From positions 24,946,158 through 25,005,099 of the forward strand of contig NC_068982.1 of NCBI RefSeq assembly GCF_001194135.2: DNA of 58,942 nucleotides, written 5' to 3'. The translations under genes were made by a program, and so were the position numbers. Below are positions 50,932-58,942 of this stretch, one piece after another. The notes beneath the pieces were generated by a model. That model worked only from the letters and a program-made list of their open reading frames with translations. It had not been told where the DNA came from and ran no database searches. The DNA comes from Octopus bimaculoides. Lineage: Eukaryota. Within the stretch, counting starts at the first letter, position 1. The number at the start of each line of letters is the position of its first letter.

Positions 50932-51005
50932 TTTTGTTGTTGTTGTTGTTGCTGCTGCTGGGGTTGTTGTTGTTGTCGTTGCTGTTGGTGTTGTTGTTGG
51001 TGTTG
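50837..51005. repeat. Compound microsatellite (AAT)n-(TTA)n-(TAG)n-(TTG)n-(CTG)n
   Basis: Direct reading. Confidence 0.95.
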
Positions 51006-51299
51006 TATTTACAAGAAGACGTCTTATTTCGCACCTCCTGAGTATTGTGGAATTTTGCAATTATAAGGTAAGTTGTTTATATTTTTATTGTATCATCTCG
51101 GTACTAATCTACCGATCTCCATCTGAGGTCAGTTGGCTTTGCGAAATATACGTCCCCTACGGGCACATTTTGGTAATATTATCGGCGAACTACATGGTGA
51201 AAAGCAATAAATATTTCTACATCAAGGGAGGGGATGGCTCTTGACACAGATCTTTTGAAAATAGATTTTCTCCTCTGCCTTCAGAAATGCACATACGTA

Positions 51300-54200
51300 T
51301 AACAACACAACGACATCAACAAGAAAACAACCAGAACAGCAACAACAGCAACATAATCACAAATAAAAAATAACGTGAATGAAAGGCTACCACCACAAAT
51401 CACATGGGCACAAAGAACTAGAGCAGGAACAGCAGTAGTAATGAAAAGCAAAACAGTGATCGTAGCACAAATATTCTACACCACCGCAATCACCACAGTA
51501 CCACCTCCACTAACACAAATCTCAAAAGAATAAAACAGCAACCAATGAAATTTGTAAACAAATTGGAAACATTTTTGCATATACGTGCCAAAATCTTAAG
51601 TGAGTAATAATTACGGAATATGGACTAAGTGAAGCAAAAACGAATTTCACTAAGAATGGCTGTATTATATACAAATTTCACACAAGAAATACAAGAGAAA
51701 AAGAAAGACAAAATTTATAAACATTTATTTACAACGAAGTGACTTGAGCGAATATCAGCCCCAAAATGAAATGTGTCTTAAGCCAATATGGGGCATAAAA
51801 ATCATATATCATTTGAAGAAATCTATTTAACACAGTTAAAGTGAGGTTCCCAAATGAAGACGATGCTAATTACAATTTGACCACATCTCTAACATGCAAC
51901 GAACTACTGCTGATTCCAACGTACACTGGTCAGAATATTTTGAGATTAAAGTTGGTTGAGATACAACTAGAAGTTGATATCCCCTTGCTTGTGACGGCCG
52001 TAATATATGACATGAAAAACTACCATTGTCCAGTCAGAGTAAATGAAATTGCTCAAGCACTGTAATGGAACGACTAAAGTAGATCGATCACGGGAAAATG
52101 TGTGGGGAGGGGTGCAAAGCTGACATTACTAACCTCCCAAATGGCTTGTACATGTTCATCGCAGTTAAAGGTAAAAGACCGAGAGTTCACATACGTAGAG
52201 ATCTAAGACACTTAACAGAATTCTACCCGTTGCAACAACAATAAAAAAACCCCCAAAAGAACGATAACTCTAATACAACAACAAAAGTATTAAAGGCACC
52301 ACCACCAACAATTACAACAGCAGCATGAAAATGAATAACAAGAGGAATACACTGAACTGTATCAGCATCGAACACCACCAATGCCACATCCAGAGTAAGT
52401 GTTATGTCTCAACTCTACTGCTATCTAGCACCTTCGGATGAACTCTACTCAACCGCTACACAACTGCTACACAACTGCTACTCGACCGCTACTCAACACT
52501 CCTACCACGGCCAGACTACCTCGATTTATATGTCTTGGGAGATCCTACTTCTTCGCCTGGGGGCGTCGACACAACAGTAAGCAAAAGCATTGCCTTCACC
52601 ACAGCAGAACGTAACCTCATCCACACTTGTTAACCATACAAACAACACAGAAATACGTGACTTCAGAGCCAAATCCCAACCCCTGCCACAGTTTTCTGCA
52701 AATGCAAAAACTCGCCCAGGAAGGTAAACCGTGTAAAAGAATGATCAGCATGCATATTGTGAAGGTAAAAACAAATAAATAAAAGAAAAGCGTTGCTCCA
52801 GATTAGAAACAAAGAGATAAAAAGTGGAGAAACAGTATCCGAAAACTAAACACAACCCCACAGCCCCAACACCAGCATGACCACAAACACCTTCAACACT
52901 AGAAACATTACCAGCATTACAAACACTGCAATACGCAAAAACACTTCCCAACTCGGACCGAAACTATATACAGCACACAAAACCATAGACCTAAGCAGCA
53001 ATGACTTAAATAAACATATTCTGTAATACACAAAAGTAACTCAAAACGAATACATCTCGGGTCCACTCAACAATACTTCTTGTATAAAAATTACAAAAAC
53101 TACGTGAAACATCAACATCGCTCTGAAAATATATCATAAGGGAAGGGGAGATTTCTGAGGGACCATAACAAAAAAAAAAGACTCTAAATAGAAATGCTTT
53201 AGGCGCAACATACAAATTACCAGAAAGATGAAACACCTGCAGCTTCACAGAAATAGGCCAAGTGATTCATTTCACTCTCACACCCTCTCTTGCCGAGCAT
53301 GACCATACTCAAAATAAGTAATGTTAATGCATATTCTATGGAGTCATTTTGCAAATATGGCTACCTGCCCGAAAAACACAACCATTAGATATAGACTGGA
53401 TGGCCATCAACAAGATCAGAATATCCAAATCGCAAGTCATGTTTATTTTTGGTGGATACAAATATTTACTTATCTACACATTGATTGGGAATGTATGGCG
53501 GATCTACAGCATTATTTGAGAGAGGCCTGGATCTCAAGATATACACTATGTTTTCGGAACCAGTTGGCGCAAATTAGATATATAAAAGTAACAAAGGGTG
53601 TCGATTCAGATTAGAAGCTGTTTATGCTCTGACAGTGTGGGACTACCTGAATTTAGACATTTAGAGCTTTTCCTGGGAACAATCTTCACTTTAGTGGTAG
53701 TGAACGTATGGAAAGCCATATTGGAGAAATGCTTGTATTGTGTGGGGTTAGCTCACATGCAAAGGGTTCAAAAGCTAATTTTGTTTAGACGTTACCATCT
53801 GTGTGACATATCCTGACTCGATTTCTCGGGTTTTCTGTAGGCCAATAGATAACGACAGTATAGGTTGTTCGTATTTTAATATAGCCATCAAAACAGATCA
53901 TATAGATAGGCCTCATATTCAGGGCCCTGGTTATGGGAATTAAACACGTCACTTCCTGAATGCCAAGTTTTTAGTGACAGATAGGTGAATTAGTTAAACT
54001 GGTGTTGATGTGGTCAGTCGTCAACAAATCCTGGTTTGTCCTGTTCAGGAGACAAAGAATTAGGATTTGTCGGTCCTTAGCGAGAGTGGAAATAGATTAG
54101 AGGATGACTTACTGAGAGCCTTAGAAGAGGCGCTTTGGAAAGGCATCGCAAACCAAGTGCTCTAGGTGGAATTTGCCCTTGGCCAATTCTTCAACGCGAA

Positions 54201-54840
54201 ACATGAGCGCTGCATTGTAAGAGATAAGGCGCGTTCTTTATGACACCTCAGTTTAAATTCGGAGGATAGGACGGAGTGCTGGAAGCGCAACCTGACCACA
54301 AAGTGGACCATAATGGACACATGGTAATTCAGCTCGAGTAGATGCATACGGAATTTTAGTAAAACTTTGCTCCATTTCGGGATGAATGGCCGACAAGTTC
54401 GCAGGATGGATTTCAGGGCCATCATTGACAACCTGTCGGAACTCTCAAAAGTGGAGCAGTGTTGTGTGAGAACTCGTTAATGGTGGACACACTGGAAGCG
54501 ACGATGGGTTGCACGGTAGGAGGAAACGAGCCTGATTTGGATATTCTGCCCTACAAAATTTCCTTTTATGCGTCAGCTTTGTTTGAAAATCTCTTGGCGG
54601 ATATCAACCGCAACTGACAGAGGAATGAGAGAATTTCCTGGTTCTATGATTCCAGGAGCGGTGGCATTGCTAAGGAACCACCCAGACAAGAGGGATCATA
54701 TACCTAATTTTAGGCCTATAACTCTGTTAAATGTATATTTTAAAATTGTGGCGATGGTGTTTGCAAAGAGGTTTGCGCTTGACATCGCACATCTGATAGC
54801 TGGTTCCTAAACACGCAACATACCAAGCAGATGTGTACAT
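51300..54840 (+). mobile_element. Decayed L1/Tx1-like LINE 5' portion: ORF1 plus endonuclease and RT start, 3'-truncated
   Basis: CAA-rich low-complexity start, and LLIPTYTGQNILRLKL..EVDI..VIY (homologous to the 36.4 kb ORF1 motif). ORF2 start MTILKISNVNA at 53299, and NFRPITLLNVYFKIVAMVFAKRF at about 54710-54780. The 5' boundary is uncertain. Confidence 0.75.
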
Positions 54841-56744
54841 ATTTTTATTGTAATTTGTTATGGCATAATGCTATCAAAATAGTTTCCGTACGCTTAACAT
54901 TGTTAAATAGATATGTATTATAAAATGAGAAATATCTTATATGCATCGAAAATTCATACCAGGTAGTATTAAAGTATGAAGAAGATGTGAAAGTGCTCAC
55001 CCTTTCATGCAGATGATTTAAGTTAACACCTTAGAAACGGCCTATAAAAATCATTGAAAGTTATGCTTTAAGCATGTATGCTCTGAAATATTTCCCCTAT
55101 ACAGAATTTATGCGGTACCTCTTTATAACTTAGCAATGATACGTGCATTATAACAAATATCTTTTGATTCGTACATCTGAATGTATCATAGGTACAAACG
55201 CAGGATAACTAGGTGTGTCAATTAGGAAAATTGAGCAATCGAAATTTTGAATTTGAGCAGTGTTTTAACCTTAATTATTTTATCGCAACTAATCTATTCC
55301 GATATGTAATTCTACAGAAATCATACTATACTTTCATCATTGCTTTAATATAAATTAGAACAGCTTATCTATCATATAAATTGTGGCGCTGCTATCTTCA
55401 TATCTATGAGGTTGACTGAAATGTAAAGTATTGAACAGGTTTCAACTCTTATTTGGCAGATACGTCATCACTCCCACGAAGTAAAGCATTCATTTCCAAC
55501 ACAGAAGTGTTGTTCTCTATTCATGTTAATCTAGTTGTTGGTTTGTGGGTTAGAATATATTCTGATTTCAATGTAGAGTTCTCCGTCTATAGTTTTAGTG
55601 GCGCCAGCAGAGTAGAAGAACATGAATTTTATATATTAGAGCACACACACAGACGTGTGTGTGTGCGTGCGTATGTATGTATGCATGTATCTATGTACAT
55701 ACACATATACACACGTACAAATACATATACACATATATAATCAAATAGATCTCCTATTTAAATTTGAGACACATTGTTGGAGTTAGACATTAATTATTTG
55801 ATTTTCAAAAGAAAGTTAATATGAAATGATATAACGAATTTTGAAGTTGCAATATATATAGCACATGAGATAATCGTTATCCTGAATATCTGTTTATACA
55901 GAAGTCAAGATATATTAAGTAATAAATATATATGATTTAATAAATTATTGTTAAAATATATTAACTTCAATACACATGACGTACAAGTTGTCTCTATACA
56001 GTTATGTAATTATTGTAACTAAATTGCCCTTCTGACACAAGGACGAAACGTCTATGATCGATATTTAACAAGAATGGGAGCTTGTAAATGTACCATAAAT
56101 TGAATTTTATAACTTCCATGATATAACATGTGACCATTATAAACATGGAGATTAGGGGTTGATTTCTTCAAGACTTGATAGTAAGTCTACTATCAATGGG
56201 CTGCATTTATAATTGAAAACTATGCTATAAATTTTAACATAATTAAAGCGGATAGTCGTGCTGCGTGTAGTGTTGCGTAATAAAGGAGTAATTGAGAAAT
56301 CCTGTGTAAGAAATAAGTATTTTCATGTCTTCACTTCTGTGTGGTACACGTGTATATTAAGGGTCCATATTCATTAATTCTGTTCCTTATTTCAGGCTTC
56401 ATGAAATAATTGTCTGAAAGGAACATTTATTTCATCCAAAATCATATACATAAATGCACACACACAAGCACAAGCTTACATGCATACATATATATGCGTG
56501 TGTATACATGCGTGCGCCAGTGTGTGCATGTAACTTGCGAGAGTGTTTATGTATCCCTGACAGAAAATATATGTCGATACCAGATTATATGTGTGCGTGT
56601 TGGGGAGGGGTCTTAGCTGGATAATTACGAATGGTTACTATTTTCTTCCTCTTCTTTTCTTCCGTCTATGACTAAAATTTGAAGGAGAGAGCATTCGTGT
56701 AAAGGAAGCAATTCGAATTCACTTTTTCACTAAAATATATAATA

Positions 56745-56945
56745 TTGGTTTCAAATTTTGGCTCAAGGTCAGTACCTTCAGCGGAAGATAATTGTTTACA
56801 TGGACCCCAGTGTTCAACTGGCACTTATTTTATCAACCCCCAAAAGGATGGAAAGCAAAGTCGATCTCGGCGGAATTTTAACGCAGAAAGTAAAGAGTGA
56901 TGGAATGTCGCAAAGCATTTTGCCCAGCGTGTAAGCAATTCTTAT
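56745..56945 (-). mobile_element. SINE (abundant family)
   Basis: GACCCCAGTGTTCAACTGGCACTTATTTTATCAACCCCCAAAAGGATGGAAAGCAAAGTCGATCTCGGCGGAATTT. Confidence 0.8.
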
Positions 56946-56949
56946 TCCT

Positions 56950-57170
56950 TTACTGCCCACAAGGGGCTACACACAGAGGGAGCAAACAAGGACAGACAAA
57001 CGGATTAAATTGATTATATCGACCCCAGTGCGTAACTGGTACTTATTTAATCGAACCCGAAAAGATGAAAAGCAAGTCGACCTTGGCGGAATTTGAACTC
57101 AGAACGGCAGACGAAATACCGCTAAGCATTTCGCCCGGCATGCTAAAGTTTCTGCCACCTCGCCGCCTTA
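56950..57170 (-). mobile_element. SINE (abundant family, alternative tail), tandem with the previous copy
   Basis: TATCGACCCCAGTGCGTAACTGGTACTTATTTAATCGAACCCGAAAAGATGAAAAGCAAGTCGACCTTGGCGGAATTTGAACTC. Confidence 0.8.
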
Positions 57171-57295
57171 CCAACCCCCGAAGCAACCTCTGAAATATGC
57201 TAAGAACATCGGAAGTATCCAACATCCTCCGAGATATGGCATATACAATCATTACCCACTTTTGTCTCCGATTTCATTGCTTTTTTACATCTGAT

Positions 57296-57760
57296 GTCTC
57301 GATACGAAACGTTGTATCAAAAATCAGTGCTGGCTATAGTGTCTATAAAATACCTGTAGAAACAACCTTCAAAATAATATAACAAGCACTGCTGATGTAG
57401 TGTGACGTAGTACTCACTTATAAAAATATTTAGTATACTTCATAGTAAAATGCGGTAGCATAACGAAGTGCCACGCCCCTACAAACTTTTAATGTATTCA
57501 TGCCAGTTCCAGGTAAGGGTCTAATATGTAAATTGGTATAGCCAATAAGTTAACACTGCTGTATGCGGTGGCTATATAAGCAATGTTTTCGGAGTAAGGA
57601 GTTGGTTAGATGGGTGCTGATGAAGAGAGGGAGGGGGTAACAAACCCCGAAATATCGCATATACACTCCTTTGTATCCAATCTTGATACGGAATGTAACA
57701 AAAATCATTTCTAGCTATAGAATATCTGTAGAAACAATTTTAAAAATATGTAATATTCGT
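57296..57760 (+). repeat. Diverged ~85-bp direct repeat pair (about 57296-57381 and 57684-57760)
   Basis: TCTCGATACGAAACGT..CAAAAATCAGTGCTGGCTATAG..AATACCTGTAGAAACAA versus TCTTGATACGGAATGT..CAAAAATCATTTCTAGCTATAGAATATCTGTAGAAACAA. Confidence 0.65.
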
Positions 57761-58261
57761 AACACACTATGCATCAAGACTGAACACCATGATAATGCAT
57801 ATATTCGTAAAGCTTACGAGTGTTCAATCACACTCTATTTAGGGTTTTGCAATTTTTTGGCGTATTTTGAAACTTAGTAGATAGAGTATTGACAAAAAAT
57901 AGTTAGAGAGGGAAGAAGAGAAACATTGCCTTGATCGATGCATTTTTTTTGTTTTCACGTAATGTGGAAGGGTATTTAATTTTCTTTAATATAAATTTTT
58001 ATGTTTTTTTGTTTTTTTCTATTTTCGAACGAATTATTTTTGGCAATATAATACGTTTTTCATAGCTTACGTAAATTGAAAAATAGTTAACTGAAAAGAG
58101 ACGACACACCTGGGCTATTAAATATTCGTTGAGTTATACGAATCTTAATTAAGTTAACAAGGTTTCAAATATTGTTTTGAAGTCTGAATTTTCATTATTC
58201 TCATCTACTATATATTTGTGTAAACACACACACATACGTATATATGTACGTACGTGTATGT

Positions 58262-58300
<39 letters not shown>

Positions 58301-58367
58301 TGTGTGTGTGCGCGCGCCCTCACGTGTCTATGTATAGAAATGGTTACATATATATTTGTGTATGTAC

Positions 58368-58405
<38 letters not shown>

Positions 58406-58579
58406 NNNNNNNNNNNNNNNNNNNNNNNNNNNNNNNNNNNNNNNNNNNNNNNNNNNNNNNNNNNNNNNNNNNNNNNNNNNNNNNNNNNNNNNNNNNNNNN
58501 NNNNNNNNNNNNNNNNNNNNNNNNNNNNNNNNNNNNNNNNNNNNNNNNNNNNNNNNNNNNNNNNNNNNNNNNNNNNNNN
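58406..58579. other. Assembly gap (N run)
   Basis: N run after (TA)n. Confidence 1.
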
Positions 58580-58608
58580 ACATATATACGTAAATATTTA
58601 TATGTATA

Positions 58609-58663
<55 letters not shown>
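58609..58663. repeat. (ATAG)n microsatellite
   Basis: Direct reading. Confidence 0.95.
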
Positions 58664-58665
<2 letters not shown>

Positions 58666-58942
58666 CCAATTAAGACGATACGAAATGGCAAGTTGTATTT
58701 GCTTTGTTACCAGTCTAGTTTTTTTATTTCATTTGATACAAAATTTACATACGTGGAGTTTGGTGGTTTTATATATCAGAGAGGAGTTTCATCAGACTTT
58801 CATCTACGCCAACAGATTTGCGATCTTTCTTGAGATTCCAATTCAGGAGTGTAGATAGCGTCGATCCTGACTTTATTGATGTATTGGAAATAGTCTGATT
58901 CTGTACCATTTTAGGACTATAAGGTATATATATATATATATA

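Noticed and set aside
56032-56052. CTGACAC..GGACGAAACGTC hammerhead-like string
   Set aside because: The core is not CTGANGA, and there is no helix II or helix I pairing.
58780-58905. Minus frame IDAIYTPE loosely like TIMP/NTR domains, and a CTGATGA without GAAA
   Set aside because: A stop lies just upstream, there is no good splice pair, and the motifs are too short.

Overview
This is a eukaryotic, AT-rich, repeat-dominated draft-assembly window with six N-gaps, almost all flanked by dinucleotide microsatellites. The SINE types, R4/Dong- and RTE-type LINE load and compound microsatellites suggest a cephalopod (Octopus-like) genome; that is an inference, not a database match. No intact protein-coding gene, rRNA, CRISPR array or prokaryotic feature is supported. 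Most ORF-track entries are microsatellite or N-gap read-through, or pieces of decayed retroelements. Recognisable content: five R4/Dong-like (RLE) LINE fragments, all on the minus strand; three L1/Tx1-like fragments, all on plus; RTE-like fragments; a decayed I/Jockey-group RT; Penelope-like GIY-YIG remnants; a truncated mariner; a foldback MITE; about a dozen tRNA-derived SINE copies with shuffled modules; and one isolated tRNA-like relic. The most interesting item is at 48262-48615. A tRNA-headed SINE-like unit ends in a Penelope-type minimal hammerhead-ribozyme motif, is preceded by an inverted copy of its own 3' end, and sits as one block inside an older R4 LINE. This may represent a Penelope-mobilised, ribozyme-bearing SINE. 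A few candidate host exons have good splice signals, but they cannot be assembled into a gene from sequence alone.
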